DNA of 64,000 nucleotides from Deinococcales bacterium (GTDB lineage Bacteria > Deinococcota > Deinococci > Deinococcales > JAAFIG01), in assembly GCA_031414595.1 (NCBI GenBank), contig JANNVX010000001.1, positions 1-64,000 on the forward strand. The letters run 5' to 3'. How positions within the stretch are numbered: position 1 is the first letter of the stretch; the number at the start of each line of letters is the position of its first letter. The notes under the pieces are model-generated. The model was not told the DNA's origin and did not search any database. It saw only the letters and a program-made list of their open reading frames with translations. The position numbers were made by a program, and so were the translations under genes. Shown in pieces: positions 1 to 10,722 of this stretch.

Positions 1-136
1 TATGCCACTAAACGAAAAGTCGCAGATGACTTCAAGGATTCGATGCGTATTGTGTTTGATAAGGTCATGCCGCAATGGAATTATGTGGCTAAACCGACTT
101 GAGGTGTAAATCGGGAAGTTATTTACGGACAAATCC
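1..136 (+). mobile_element. 3' end of an ISAzo13-family insertion sequence (transposase C-terminus 1..102 plus right terminal region)
   Basis: Frame 1 reads YATKRKVADDFKDSMRIVFDKVMPQWNYVAKPT*, matching the Y..G/K.KV....I.FD...P.WNY...P tail of ISAzo13 transposases. It is followed by GTTATTTACGGACAAATCC then TTA, consistent with a terminal IR and a 3-bp target. Confidence 0.7.
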
Positions 137-155
137 TTAGAAAAATGACAAATCC

Positions 156-587
156 TCAAGTCAAAAAAAACTCTCGAGGTAAACCAAATTTTTGCCCAAG
201 CTGCATCGCCAGTGATTTTCCAATTTCACGTTCGCCAGACAGAATTTTGCTGATATGACTTTGGGTGATGTTCATTTGTGCAGCCAATTCTGTTTGGGTG
301 AGTTGATGCTGCTGCATTAAGAATTGTAAGGTTTGCACTGGATTATTCGTTTCGGGTTTTGGTTCATGTACTGTTTCCCACTCGAGCAAATACGAAGCAA
401 TTAACTCAAAAAGCGGGGTGAAGACACTGTTCTCAAGTGTTTCACCTCGAGTATCTATTTGGTCAGTGACGTGATTCATGACTTCAAGCAGCGCTTCGTA
501 TTCTTGTTCGTTGCTTGGGCGTTTGATTTGAGCTTGTTGGCTAAAAACCGTCCATGCTTGGGTAATATTTTGGGCAGATGAAATCAT
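156..587 (-). CDS. higA: HigA-family antitoxin (XRE HTH)
   Basis: C-terminal HTH LQFLMQQHQLTQTELA...SHISKILSGEREI; coupled downstream of HigB. Confidence 0.85.
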   Translation of the reverse strand: MISSAQNITQAWTVFSQQAQIKRPSNEQEYEALLEVMNHVTDQIDTRGETLENSVFTPLFELIASYLLEWETVHEPKPETNNPVQTLQFLMQQHQLTQTELAAQMNITQSHISKILSGEREIGKSLAMQLGQKFGLPREFFLT

Positions 588-877
588 TATCGTCTCCTTT
601 TATTCCAATTGTCGTATTCAAGATGGGTCAGTACAGCTTTGATAAAGGCAACTTGAGTTGGAAAGTGAATGGCAACCACAATCCGATATTTATTCCCACC
701 AACATCAAAAATAACGTATGGGTTTGTCCAATCTACACTGCCAAAAGTGGTTTTGAGGTCTGCGAAGTTTTGAAAATTTGCTTTCTGCATTAGTTTCAAC
801 CATTCACGCATAGGTTCTTCGGCTTGTGGATGGATTTCCCAGAAAGCTCGAAGTGTTTTTGGTGCAATCACATTCAC
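587..877 (-). CDS. higB: HigB-family mRNA interferase toxin
   Basis: MNVIAPKTLRAFW...VIFDVGGNKYRIV...LTHLEYD; GTG start at 877 preferred. Confidence 0.88.
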   Translation of the reverse strand: MNVIAPKTLRAFWEIHPQAEEPMREWLKLMQKANFQNFADLKTTFGSVDWTNPYVIFDVGGNKYRIVVAIHFPTQVAFIKAVLTHLEYDNWNKRRR

Positions 878-886
878 AAATAACAT

Positions 887-903
887 TATGACATAAAGTC
901 ATA
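887..903. promoter_or_regulatory. Putative higBA operator TATGAC-N5-GTCATA overlapping the -10 element
   Basis: Perfect 6-bp inverted repeat immediately upstream of higB. Confidence 0.55.
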
Positions 904-1000
904 CTTTTTTGAAACCCCTAATACGGGCATGAGTCTCAAGTTCAGGGCAAAAAAGTAAGAACACAAATTCTGTGGTTATTGTCTAACAAAAACCATTTCG

Positions 1001-1954
1001 CTAAGCCACACGCTCAGATTCTCGAGCAGCAAGGGCTTCTAAGGCACTTTTAGCAGGCGAAGGCACTAAGCATTCTAAGGCTGCTATCGCATTGTTGGCA
1101 CGGCGGCGCATCTCGAGACGGGCTTCGTCATCGGTTTTGGCAGCCAAGACCAGTTCACGCATTCGTTGCACATCGCCATTAACGGTGGCGCGGCGCTCGA
1201 GAATATCACGGGCTTCTTGGTTGTTATTTTCCAGTAAGTACAGCACAGGCAGGGTGGCTTTGCCTTCGCGTAAATCGCCGCCAATCGGTTTACCTAGGGT
1301 ACGCTCATCAGACATTAAATCGAGGATGTCATCTTGGATTTGAAAGGCTCTGCCGTACTCGAGTCCGTAGGTCTCTAAGGCATTTTGGGTACTGAGGTCA
1401 GCTTTGGCAAGCATGGCTACCCCTTTAGTCGCCGCCGCCGCTAAGGAAGCCGTTTTACCCGTGATAATACTGAAATAATTGGGAATGCTGTATGTGCCTA
1501 GGGCAGCCACTTGAAATTGCAACACCTCACCTTCGCAGATGGTGCGTGAGGTGTTGCCGATTAAGCGCACAAAGTCACCTGCGTCTGAACCAAAATCGGC
1601 AAGTAGCATCATCAGACGACTGAGCAAATAATCGCCGCTCATCACAGAAACAACATTACCGTAATGCTTAAAAGCCGCTTCTTTGCCGCGTCTGGTGTCG
1701 GCATCGTCTATCAGGTCGTCGTGCAGCAAACTGGCACTGTGCAGCAGTTCGATGACGGCGGCGTAATCCACTTCTCGAGGGTCGTTCAGATGCAGGGCTT
1801 GGCTGGTCAAAAAAACCAGTTGCGGACGGGCGCGTTTACCGCCCGCATCGAGTAAATCCTCGCCAATTAGTTCAATAAATTCCACTTCGGATTTGACGAG
1901 TTCTCGCAGTCGTAACTCGAGGGCATCCATTTGAAGTTTCACCAGTGGGTTCAT
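1001..1954 (-). CDS. Polyprenyl diphosphate synthase (IspB/HepT-like)
   Basis: GGKRARP, HDDLIDDADTRRG, FQIQDDILD, GKPIGGDLREGK motifs. Confidence 0.92.
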   Translation of the reverse strand: MNPLVKLQMDALELRLRELVKSEVEFIELIGEDLLDAGGKRARPQLVFLTSQALHLNDPREVDYAAVIELLHSASLLHDDLIDDADTRRGKEAAFKHYGNVVSVMSGDYLLSRLMMLLADFGSDAGDFVRLIGNTSRTICEGEVLQFQVAALGTYSIPNYFSIITGKTASLAAAATKGVAMLAKADLSTQNALETYGLEYGRAFQIQDDILDLMSDERTLGKPIGGDLREGKATLPVLYLLENNNQEARDILERRATVNGDVQRMRELVLAAKTDDEARLEMRRRANNAIAALECLVPSPAKSALEALAARESERVA

Positions 1955-2050
1955 TGCCAACTCCAATAGCTTGCCATGCGCCCCAAGCCTTTGTGAAACT
2001 ATACACGCCCTGCTCGGGACGAATGCCGTTTGTTTACAGCACAGTATTTT

Positions 2051-3196
2051 TTACATACTCGTCCATTTTTGGTTAGAATTTGCACTCTGTACCGTGCGTT
2101 CAATAAATTTTACGCCCCTCGCGCCGTCATCTAAAGTCGGGTAATCGCCTTCAAGCACACTTAATTCGCGGTTCTCGAGTTTGGCATGAATCGCTTCAGC
2201 AGCCCCGACATAGACATTGGCAAAGGCTTCCAAAAAGGCTTCTGGATGTCCGGCGGGGATACGGCTGGCTTTTTGGGCGGCGGCACAGAGGTAATCTGAA
2301 CCTCGAGTCAGAATTTGACGCGGTGCGCCAAGTGGGTTGTACTCGAGGTAATTCGGGTTTTCTTGATGCCATTCAATCCCGCCTTGAGTCCCAAAAACCC
2401 GTAAGCGCACATCGTTTTCGCCACCAATTTGAATTTGGCTGGCAATCATCACGCCTTTTGCTCCGCCCTGAAAACGCATCAGCAAATTGCCATCGTCGTC
2501 GAGTTGTCTACCTTCAACAAAAGTCGTCAGGTCGGCACAAATACTCTCGAGTTCTAGCCCTGTCACGGTTGCCATCAGATTTTCGGCATGAGAACCAATG
2601 TCGCCAATACAGCCAGCCGCGCCGCTTCGGGCTGGGTCAGTGCGCCAATCGGCTTGTTTTTGTCCAGATTCCTCAAGTTTGGTGGCAAGCCAACCTTGGT
2701 TGTACTCAACAATGACTTTACGAACTGTACCAAGTTGCCCAGACCGCACCATCTCCCGAGCTTGTTTGACCATTGGATAGCCCGTGTAATTGTAAGTCAC
2801 AGCAAAAACCACACCCGATTTTTTGACGGTCTCGAGTAAACTTGCGGCTTGTTCGGAGGTATGCACAAGAGGTTTATCGCAAATCACATGGATGCCAGCC
2901 GCCGCAAATGCCTTAGCCACAGGAAAATGAACATGGTTTGGGGTGACAATACTGACCACATCAATTCGCTGGTCGGCTGGCAATGCCAATTCAGACTCGA
3001 GCATCTCTTGCCAAGTGCCGTAGTTTCGCGCTAAGCCCAAATCCCGCCCAGACAAAATCGCTTTTTCAGGGTTACTCGAGAGTGCGCCTGCCACAAGTTC
3101 ATACATCCCATCCAGTGCCATAACTTTACGGTGAACCGCGCCGATAAAGGCATCACGTCCACCACCAACCATTCCGTACCTGAGTTTACGCTTCAT
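2051..3196 (-). CDS. Gfo/Idh/MocA family oxidoreductase
   Basis: GMVGGG..AFIG, TPNHVH, CDKP, GDIGSH motifs. Confidence 0.92.
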   Translation of the reverse strand: MKRKLRYGMVGGGRDAFIGAVHRKVMALDGMYELVAGALSSNPEKAILSGRDLGLARNYGTWQEMLESELALPADQRIDVVSIVTPNHVHFPVAKAFAAAGIHVICDKPLVHTSEQAASLLETVKKSGVVFAVTYNYTGYPMVKQAREMVRSGQLGTVRKVIVEYNQGWLATKLEESGQKQADWRTDPARSGAAGCIGDIGSHAENLMATVTGLELESICADLTTFVEGRQLDDDGNLLMRFQGGAKGVMIASQIQIGGENDVRLRVFGTQGGIEWHQENPNYLEYNPLGAPRQILTRGSDYLCAAAQKASRIPAGHPEAFLEAFANVYVGAAEAIHAKLENRELSVLEGDYPTLDDGARGVKFIERTVQSANSNQKWTSM

Positions 3197-4201
3197 TTAT
3201 TTCTCCTTCTCGAAAGCACTGTCAAAGGCTCGAGATGATGGTTTGAAATCAAGTTTTTTGCAGTAGGCAGCGCTTTCGGTTGCGCCGTGAATCCTGTCCA
3301 TGCGGCTGTCTTCCCATTCGACACTTAAGGGACCTGCATAAGCAATATCGTTTAGGGCAACAATAATCTCTTCAAAGTTAATATCGCCGCGTCCGACACT
3401 GCGAAAATCCCAGTAGCGTCTCGAGTCTCCAAAATTAGTATGCCCACCAAAAACACCGGCTTGCCCCGTGCCATGTCCCCACCAGACATCTTTCATATGG
3501 ACATGGAAAATTCGTTTATGGAAGGTGCGAATAAACTGCACATAATCCACGCCCTGATAACCCAAATGGCTTGGGTCGTAATTAAAACCAAAGCGTTTGT
3601 GTTGTTTTAAGGCTTCTAAAGCGCGTTCGGCACTGGCGGTGTCAAAAGCAATTTCGGTTGGGTGTACCTCGAGTGCAAAATTAATGTCGTGTTCTTCAAA
3701 AACATCTAAAATCGGTTTCCAGCGTTTGGCAAAATCCTTAAAACCATTGTCCCAATAGGCTTGGCTGGTGGGCGGAAAGGCATAAAGGCTATGCCAGATG
3801 CTCGAGCCAGTAAAACCATTGACCGTTTTTACCCCAAATTTGGCTGCTGCCCTTGCCGTATCCGCCATCTCAAGCGCGGCACGCTGGCGCACACCTTCGG
3901 GTTTACCATCACCCCAAACATGAGCGGGTAAAATAGCTTTATGGCGTTCGTCTATCAGGTCGCAAACGGCTTGTCCGACCAGATGGGCTGATATTGCATG
4001 GCACTCGAGACCATGTTTTTTCAGCAAGGCTTTTTTATCTTTGATGTAATTTTTTGACGTAAGTGCTGCTTGGACATCAAAATGATCGCCCCAACAGGCA
4101 AGCTCCAAACCATCGTAGCCCATGCTTTTTGCCAAAGGTGCAAGTTCCGAAAGTGGTAAATCTGCCCATTGACCCGTGAATAAGGTAACACTTCTTGCCA
4201 T
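3197..4201 (-). CDS. Sugar phosphate isomerase/epimerase (xylose isomerase-like TIM barrel)
   Basis: FALEVHP, NYDPSH, HVHMKD, SVEWE metal-binding motifs. Confidence 0.9.
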   Translation of the reverse strand: MARSVTLFTGQWADLPLSELAPLAKSMGYDGLELACWGDHFDVQAALTSKNYIKDKKALLKKHGLECHAISAHLVGQAVCDLIDERHKAILPAHVWGDGKPEGVRQRAALEMADTARAAAKFGVKTVNGFTGSSIWHSLYAFPPTSQAYWDNGFKDFAKRWKPILDVFEEHDINFALEVHPTEIAFDTASAERALEALKQHKRFGFNYDPSHLGYQGVDYVQFIRTFHKRIFHVHMKDVWWGHGTGQAGVFGGHTNFGDSRRYWDFRSVGRGDINFEEIIVALNDIAYAGPLSVEWEDSRMDRIHGATESAAYCKKLDFKPSSRAFDSAFEKEK

Positions 4202-4246
4202 ATAACCTCCAAGTGATTCTTTGGAGATTATAGCTTGTGAATGGGT

Positions 4247-6103
4247 TTACTCGCCGCCGCCACCTTTATACATTTCTTCGATTAACCCCGCATAGGTTTT
4301 TAAGATACTGGCGCGTTTGACTTTTAAGGTCGGGGTCACATCACCGTCTTCTTGGGCTAGTTTTTTAGGTAAAATTCTAAATTTTTTAACCTGTTCGGCT
4401 CGAGCCAAGGTTTTATTAACGGTTTCGATTTCAGATTCAATCAGTTTGACCACTTCTTCGTTCTGCACAAGGTCAGTGTAGGTGGTGAAGGGGATTTTTC
4501 GACGCTGCGCCCATTCGGAAACACTGTCTTCATCCAAAATTATAATTGCACTTAAGAATTTTTTGGCATCGCCAACCAGCACCGAATCGTTGATATAACT
4601 GCTGGCTTTGAGCTTATTTTCGATAAAGGCTGGAGCGATATTTTTACCCGCCGCCGTGATAAAAATATCTTTTTTGCGTCCAGTGATGGTTAAATTGCCT
4701 TTTTCGTCGAGTTCGCCAATATCGCCAGAATGCAACCAGCCGTCACGCACAGCTTCTTGGGTGGCTTTTTCGTCCTTGTGATAGCCCAAGAAAATATGGT
4801 CGCCACGCTGAAGAATTTCGCCGTCTTCAGCAATTTTAATTTCGATTCCGGGCAATGCCTGACCAACTGTGCCGAGCTTAAACGGAAAACCCTGATGAAT
4901 CGTGGCGGCTGCTGCCCCTTCGGTTTGTCCGTAACCTTCGCGGATTTGTACCCCAAGCCCATGAAAAAATTCAAGGACACTCGGGGCAATCGGGGCAGAA
5001 CCCGATAAAACAAATCTGGCTCGGTCTAACCCTAATTTTTGTTTTAAGCTGCGTAATACCCCAAGGTAAGCGATATTACTCGCCACACTGGGGCTGCGAG
5101 ACTCGAGTTTTGCCCTTGCCATTTCTCGCCCTCGAGCCGTTGCCCACCTAAACGCCACCCGTTTAAGCACATCGGCGCGAATCATTCGGGTTTCGACTCC
5201 ACTCATCATTTTTTCCCAGATGCGCGGCACAGCAAAGAAAATCGTTGGACGGATTTCATATAAGTTTTGCAGCACCATATCGGGGCTTTCGACAAAATTG
5301 ACCACAAAACCATAACGACTAGGGAAAGCCACACTGAGCATTCGTTCGGTGATGTGCGAAAGCGGCAAAAACGACAGCACCTCGTCGGTTTCATACATCG
5401 GGTTCTGATTTGACATGCAGCCAGACGCAAAAACCAAATTCTTATGCGATAAAACCGCGCCTTTGGGTCTGCCGGTTGTACCCGAAGTGTAAATAAACAG
5501 CGCTGGGTCTTCGGGTAAACGGTTGGCAATTCGTGCCTCGAGCGTGGCGGCGTTGCTTGGGTTTTGCAGCCAAGTCTGCCCGATTTGTAAAAATTCCTGC
5601 CAAAAAATCACCATTGGGTCTTTGAAGCGTTGCAAGCCTTTGGAGTCCATAACAACAATCCGCTCGAGTTTTGGGCAACTACTCCTGACCTCGAGAACCT
5701 TATCAAGTTGCTCGATGTTCTCGAGAATCACAAAGCGTGAATCGGAATGCTCCAAAACATACTGCACACCCTCGGCAGCATTGGTCGCATAAATTGCAGC
5801 CGTTACACCCGCCGCCATCATGATTCCTTGGTCGGTAATCACCCACTCTGGGCGATTCTCGCCCAGTAATGCCACACTCTGATTAGGCTCTAAACCCCAA
5901 GCCAGCACTGCCCCAGCCACAGCCCGTGCTTGGGCTTCGTACTGAGTCCAAGAGATGCCCTGCCAAACCCCCAATTCTTTACGGCGCAACGCCACAGCCT
6001 GACCACGGCGCTGCGCCGTTTCTAAAAACATTCTCGAGAGGGTTAGCCCCAAAGCAGGCACAGGAACAGCCGAATGTACTACCGAAACAACAGGTTGAGT
6101 CAT
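4247..6103 (-). CDS. Long-chain fatty acid-CoA ligase (AMP-dependent synthetase)
   Basis: YTSGTTGRPKG, EGYGQTE, GWLHSGDIG, TGRKKD; start moved to MTQPVV. Confidence 0.92.
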   Translation of the reverse strand: MTQPVVSVVHSAVPVPALGLTLSRMFLETAQRRGQAVALRRKELGVWQGISWTQYEAQARAVAGAVLAWGLEPNQSVALLGENRPEWVITDQGIMMAAGVTAAIYATNAAEGVQYVLEHSDSRFVILENIEQLDKVLEVRSSCPKLERIVVMDSKGLQRFKDPMVIFWQEFLQIGQTWLQNPSNAATLEARIANRLPEDPALFIYTSGTTGRPKGAVLSHKNLVFASGCMSNQNPMYETDEVLSFLPLSHITERMLSVAFPSRYGFVVNFVESPDMVLQNLYEIRPTIFFAVPRIWEKMMSGVETRMIRADVLKRVAFRWATARGREMARAKLESRSPSVASNIAYLGVLRSLKQKLGLDRARFVLSGSAPIAPSVLEFFHGLGVQIREGYGQTEGAAAATIHQGFPFKLGTVGQALPGIEIKIAEDGEILQRGDHIFLGYHKDEKATQEAVRDGWLHSGDIGELDEKGNLTITGRKKDIFITAAGKNIAPAFIENKLKASSYINDSVLVGDAKKFLSAIIILDEDSVSEWAQRRKIPFTTYTDLVQNEEVVKLIESEIETVNKTLARAEQVKKFRILPKKLAQEDGDVTPTLKVKRASILKTYAGLIEEMYKGGGGE

Positions 6104-6223
6104 GATGCTCTGATTGTATCTCGAGAATTGGCGCAGTGCAATTTTCAGCAAGAGACCCCTAGTCGGAACGTATGCTGGCACGGTATTGTCTTAAGCACTT
6201 AAACAAGGTGTAAAGAATTATCT

Positions 6224-7126
6224 ATGGGGTTTTGTGTGAAGCAATTGATTGGTATCTGGCGTTTGTTGCGTTTTAATGATTATGCGGGAGCAGTGGTTTT
6301 TACCACTTGTCTGGGTGTAGCGGCGGCAGGTGGTCAGTTTGGTTGGAAAATGATTCTGGTCTTGGTGGCAAATTGGTTGGCGGTTGGTTTTGCTTTTATG
6401 TACAACGATGTCGAAGATGCCCCCGATGATGCCAGAGACCCCAAGAAAGTAAATCGCAACCCTGTCACGGCTGGTTTATTGTCAAGTGGGCAAGCCAACT
6501 TTGCTTCGTTTTTGGTGGCTGGAATTGGTTTTTTGTTGTTTTTACCACTTGGCATGACCGTCACGGTACTGGGTGGGATTTGTATTATTTTAGGGTTCTT
6601 GTATTCGTACCGCCCTTTGCGCTTTAAGGGCATTGCGGTGCTGGATGTGGTCAGCCATATGATTATGCTCTCGAGTTTACAGTTATTATGTGGTTATTTT
6701 GTTTTTGCTGAAACACTCAACACCGCCTATATTGCTCCGCTTTTATCCATGACCGCCGCCAGTGCTTACGGGCAAATTTTTAATCAAGTCCGTGACTTTG
6801 AAGGCGACCAAGTGGCAGGACTTAAAAATACGGCTGGTTTACTTGGCAAGCCAAGCGCCCAAGTGCTGATGCAAGGTTTACTGGCTTTGGCAGTCGCGGC
6901 GGGTGCATATGCGCTGATTATTGATCAAATTGCCCCTTGGTGGGTCTTTGCTTTTGGTTTGGCACTACTTTTCATTATCATTATCCCCGGTGTGGTACGC
7001 GGAATTCGCAACCGCAACTTTCAACAAGCCCATGCACCTGTCATTTACGCCCTGCCATATGTTGGTACAGCCATGATGGCAGCTTGGTTTCTTGTCCCGT
7101 GGCTTGTACCAGCCTTGCGCTCATAG
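6224..7126 (+). CDS. UbiA-family prenyltransferase
   Basis: Multi-TM protein with NDVEDAPDD...RNP and NQVRDFEGD aspartate-rich motifs; true start may be GTG 6236. Confidence 0.85.
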   Translation: MGFCVKQLIGIWRLLRFNDYAGAVVFTTCLGVAAAGGQFGWKMILVLVANWLAVGFAFMYNDVEDAPDDARDPKKVNRNPVTAGLLSSGQANFASFLVAGIGFLLFLPLGMTVTVLGGICIILGFLYSYRPLRFKGIAVLDVVSHMIMLSSLQLLCGYFVFAETLNTAYIAPLLSMTAASAYGQIFNQVRDFEGDQVAGLKNTAGLLGKPSAQVLMQGLLALAVAAGAYALIIDQIAPWWVFAFGLALLFIIIIPGVVRGIRNRNFQQAHAPVIYALPYVGTAMMAAWFLVPWLVPALRS

Positions 7127-7702
7127 TTGCTCGAGCCTGTGCAGTGCCTCCTCGAGCGCTTTGGCATGGCTTTCTTGTGTGCCTTCTGGCAGAATTGGTG
7201 TGCCGTACCTAAAGACATAGCGTTTAGCCCCAAACCAATTTGGCTCGAGATGAATTCCTACTGGTATAACAGGGACTTTGGCTTTTAAGGCAATTAAGGA
7301 TGTACCGCCTTTAACTTCTTGTCCGCCGCGTGTGCCTTGTGGAAAAATGACCAGCAATTGATTATTTTTGAGTAATCGCAAGGCGGTTTTTATGGCAGTC
7401 AAATCCATTTTACCGCGTTCTACCGAAAAAGCATTACCGGCTAACATGTACCAACGAAGCGGTTGATGCAAAAAAGATTCGGCTTTGGACATGTAATGGA
7501 CACGGCGCTTGGTCGGTTGCGCCACGCCAAATGGGTCTATGGCAGTGATGTGATTGGCGGCAATAATCGCTGCACTGGACTTGGGGATTTGTTCTGCGCC
7601 AATATATCGTGTACCAAGTAACCGAAAATAAACGCCCCAAATGGCTTTGATGATGTCAAAAGCCAGCGGCGTGTTGGATAAGTCAGGGTTTTTGTCGTTC
7701 AT
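7121..7702 (-). CDS. plsC: 1-acyl-sn-glycerol-3-phosphate acyltransferase
   Basis: NHITAID and FPQGTR motifs; next to cmk. Confidence 0.85.
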   Translation of the reverse strand: MNDKNPDLSNTPLAFDIIKAIWGVYFRLLGTRYIGAEQIPKSSAAIIAANHITAIDPFGVAQPTKRRVHYMSKAESFLHQPLRWYMLAGNAFSVERGKMDLTAIKTALRLLKNNQLLVIFPQGTRGGQEVKGGTSLIALKAKVPVIPVGIHLEPNWFGAKRYVFRYGTPILPEGTQESHAKALEEALHRLEQL

Positions 7703-7752
7703 AACTGCCTTGGGGTCAAGAGAGAGGAAAGAAGAAGAACTTGAATTATATT

Positions 7753-8403
7753 TTATCCTATTTTGCTTTGAATGATGATAAGGGCTTGTTGTACCGTTTG
7801 CTCGAGACTGAGTTGACTCGAGTCAAGAAGAATTGCGTCTTGTGCTGGAGCACTGTTAATCGCATCCATTGCATCTCTGGTTTCTATACTGGCTTGAACT
7901 TCGGCTAGGCTGCGGCTGCGTTCAGTCACTCGGCGTTTAGCCCGCACTAAACTGTTGGCAGTTAAAAAAATCTTGACGCTTGCACCCGGAAAAACATTTG
8001 TTCCCATATCGCGTCCTTCGGCAACAAACGGTGGTGTAATCAGTCGAATATGGGTATTGACCCACAGCCGAATTTGTGGATGTTGGGCAACCACGCTGAC
8101 CAGTGCATCCACTTGACTCGAGTGGCACAGGGCAGTCACATCGGTCTGATTTAAGAAAACAGCATTGCCTTCTGCACGGGCTTCAAAACGCAAGTCGTGT
8201 TTTTGCAGCATCTCGAGTAAGGCAGCTTGGCGCATGGCATCGGTGTTTGTTTCAAGAGCCGCCAAAGCCACCAAGCGGTACAGCAGACCGCTCGAGATAA
8301 AGGGTACACCTAAAGCCAGTGCGATACCTTTTGCAACACTGGACTTGCCACTGGCAGCCAAACCATCCAAGGTGATGATTGTAGAAGAAGATAATGAAAC
8401 CAC
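7753..8403 (-). CDS. cmk: Cytidylate kinase
   Basis: ITLDGLAASGKSS, SSGLLYR, VAEGRDMGT; GTG 8403 lies 7 nt after TATACT. Confidence 0.92.
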   Translation of the reverse strand: MVSLSSSTIITLDGLAASGKSSVAKGIALALGVPFISSGLLYRLVALAALETNTDAMRQAALLEMLQKHDLRFEARAEGNAVFLNQTDVTALCHSSQVDALVSVVAQHPQIRLWVNTHIRLITPPFVAEGRDMGTNVFPGASVKIFLTANSLVRAKRRVTERSRSLAEVQASIETRDAMDAINSAPAQDAILLDSSQLSLEQTVQQALIIIQSKIG

Positions 8404-8452
8404 GCCCAAGAGTATAAAACCCCCAATTATGCACTTGGTAAGACCAAAGGTA

Positions 8453-8734
8453 TCACGCACTTGGTAAGACCACAGGAGTCTCGAGGACTGTAAAACCCCA
8501 AACTCTGGTTTTGACATTTTCTAAATTCAAATCGGCTTGGCGCACGGTTTGCAATAATTCAGCGCGGCTCGAGACTTGCAGCAGTAAAACCCTTGGGTCT
8601 TCGGTATTTTGCAGGAGTTGCGTACCGGTCACACCTGCCACACCGACAAAAAGGCGTTCAAGGTGGTGTAGGGCATCTAAAGCGGCGGTATTGGCAAGCT
8701 CTGGCAAGGTCACTTCAAGAAATAACACGTACAC
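8453..8734 (-). CDS. Small hypothetical protein (possible ABM/dimeric alpha-beta barrel)
   Basis: 93-aa ORF coupled to the Crp gene; ends TRVWGFTV. Confidence 0.6.
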   Translation of the reverse strand: MYVLFLEVTLPELANTAALDALHHLERLFVGVAGVTGTQLLQNTEDPRVLLLQVSSRAELLQTVRQADLNLENVKTRVWGFTVLETPVVLPSA

Positions 8735-8736
8735 AT

Positions 8737-9432
8737 CTACTCATCCTCGGCAATGAACTTCTCGAGTTTTTGGGTATTGACAATAAACGGCACTCGAGTT
8801 CTGCCAATTGCTCCTTCGCGTTTCAAACGGTTCAGGCTGTGCGAAACGGTTTCGCGGGTTGCACCAATCATCCGCGATAAATCTTCTTGGGTCAGTTTCA
8901 GGTTGATTCGCACCCCATCTGTGCCAGACTTGCCAAATTCTAAGGCAAAACGGTACAACAAACTGGCTAACCTCGCCGGAGCGCTGTAGGCACTGGCTTC
9001 AGCTTGCCAAGACTGAGTTTCAAAAAGGCGTTGCGCCATAATCTGAATAAATTTGAGTGCCAAGGCGGGGCGTTCTCTGATTAAATTCTCGAGTTCAGAA
9101 ATCGGTAAACTAATCAGTACCGTATCCTCTATGGCTTCGGCTTGATGCGGACGCTTCTCGGCAGGGGTTAAAAGTAATTCGCCAAACGCCCCGTACTGCC
9201 CAACTACCCCGAGAATTGCTTCTTTGCCATTAGGAAATAATTTAGAAATTTTAACCAAACCATTGCGTACAAAATAAATCGCATCCGCCAAGTCATCCAT
9301 ATGATAAATCACATCACCCGCCGAAAAACGACGATACGGTGTGGTCTTAGAAAGGGTTGCTAAATCCTCGAGTTCCCAGTCCTCGAAAAGACTGGTACTC
9401 TTTAAGTGCCAAACAAGACTAGGGAATTCCAC
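8737..9432 (-). CDS. Crp/Fnr family transcriptional regulator
   Basis: cNMP domain (GLVKISK...FGE) and HTH TQEDLSRMIGATRETVS. Confidence 0.93.
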   Translation of the reverse strand: MEFPSLVWHLKSTSLFEDWELEDLATLSKTTPYRRFSAGDVIYHMDDLADAIYFVRNGLVKISKLFPNGKEAILGVVGQYGAFGELLLTPAEKRPHQAEAIEDTVLISLPISELENLIRERPALALKFIQIMAQRLFETQSWQAEASAYSAPARLASLLYRFALEFGKSGTDGVRINLKLTQEDLSRMIGATRETVSHSLNRLKREGAIGRTRVPFIVNTQKLEKFIAEDE

Positions 9433-9538
9433 AGCGACAGTCTACAACTTAAGATGTGCTTTGCGCTTGAAAAAGCAATTGTAAGTTGGACTTCAATAAG
9501 AGAATTCTAGGTATTTTATGCCAAATGCTCGAGACGGC

Positions 9539-10033
9539 TTAAAGCGGCAAATACCATAACAAATCCAAAGCTGGTGGCTTAAAACCTTGTTGGCGAATCA
9601 GCAGTGCAATTTGGGCTGTGTGCCGAACCTCATGCTGCATCACATGCCAAAGTAAACCTTCGACAGTTCGTTCTTCTTCAACAATTCTCGAGAGTTCGCC
9701 AGTCTCTAATCTCTCGAGAAACCCCAAGGTACTCGCTTCTACATTTTTCCAGTAAGATAAAATCGTCTCGAGCGGCGTATCGGCAAAAAACACACCATCT
9801 TGCAGTAGGGCTTCTGGCAAATCCGATTTCCACACGGGTGTATCACGCAAAATATCCTCATGAATCCAAGAATCTTCAACTGCCGCAATGTGCATCAGTA
9901 AATCCTTAATGCAGTGAAAACGCTCGGCGGGAATCATGTTTTTGGATAAGACTTCATCGGGCAAGCTCTCGAGAACAGCCCATAAATCGCGTCTGGCTCG
10001 GGTTAAATATCGGTAAAAAGTTTGTATATTCAT
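9539..10033 (-). CDS. DinB family protein
   Basis: LLMHIAAVE...HEVRHTAQI histidine triad. Confidence 0.85.
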   Translation of the reverse strand: MNIQTFYRYLTRARRDLWAVLESLPDEVLSKNMIPAERFHCIKDLLMHIAAVEDSWIHEDILRDTPVWKSDLPEALLQDGVFFADTPLETILSYWKNVEASTLGFLERLETGELSRIVEEERTVEGLLWHVMQHEVRHTAQIALLIRQQGFKPPALDLLWYLPL

Positions 10034-10040
10034 ATGCGCC

Positions 10041-10469
10041 TCAATTCAAATCCTCGAGCCACGGGTTAAGCACAGGAACAAAACCCTCGAAATCAGTGGT
10101 GTTTCTTGTTACAACAACCGCATCTAGTACGATTGCTGTTGCCGCAATCCAAGAATCCGAATAGTCCATTGTTTTACCCAGATGTATCGCTCTGCTGGTT
10201 ATTTCTGCCCAGGTAGCCGCGATTTCTCGATCTATAGCAATAATATTCCCAAAATACTCCTGCTCGAGATTTGCCAACCAGTCACGGTAAGTTTTGGCAC
10301 GTTTTGATTTACCTAAAAGTAAAATGCCTTGTTCGATTTCCGCAATGCTAACAACACTAATTAGGCAATTAGAAATTTTTTGATCTGATAACCAATCAAT
10401 CACACCAACATCTGGTTTTGGTTTGGTTTGCTCGGATATAACATTAGTATCAAATACAAAACGTTTCAT
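10041..10469 (-). CDS. vapC: VapC PIN-domain toxin
   Basis: FDTNVISE, SIAEI, DSWIAATA, VTRNTTDF. Confidence 0.92.
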   Translation of the reverse strand: MKRFVFDTNVISEQTKPKPDVGVIDWLSDQKISNCLISVVSIAEIEQGILLLGKSKRAKTYRDWLANLEQEYFGNIIAIDREIAATWAEITSRAIHLGKTMDYSDSWIAATAIVLDAVVVTRNTTDFEGFVPVLNPWLEDLN

Positions 10470-10711
10470 CCGAGTTTCACGGGTTTCACTGGCGAATTAC
10501 GACGATAAATCTTCAACTCACCTTTTGGCGCACCTGCTAACCCCTCAAGTGCCGATTTGCTTTTTTGTTGTAAACGCACATAGTCTGCATGAGACATCAC
10601 CACGGCTGTTTGCTCACCACGTTTAGTTATAACTTGGGCTTCGCCTGCCGCAGCAAGTTCGATGACTTCACTAAATTTTGCTTTTGCTTCTTGCAGTTGC
10701 CAATTTCGCAT
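10466..10711 (-). CDS. Phd/YefM family antitoxin
   Basis: WQLQEAKAKFSEVI...VITKRG; overlaps the vapC start. Confidence 0.9.
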   Translation of the reverse strand: MRNWQLQEAKAKFSEVIELAAAGEAQVITKRGEQTAVVMSHADYVRLQQKSKSALEGLAGAPKGELKIYRRNSPVKPVKLG

Positions 10712-10722
10712 ATCAATCACTC

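Noticed and set aside
1992-2007. CRP-like site TGTGA-N6-ACACG
   Set aside because: The second half-site is weak and there is no supporting evidence.
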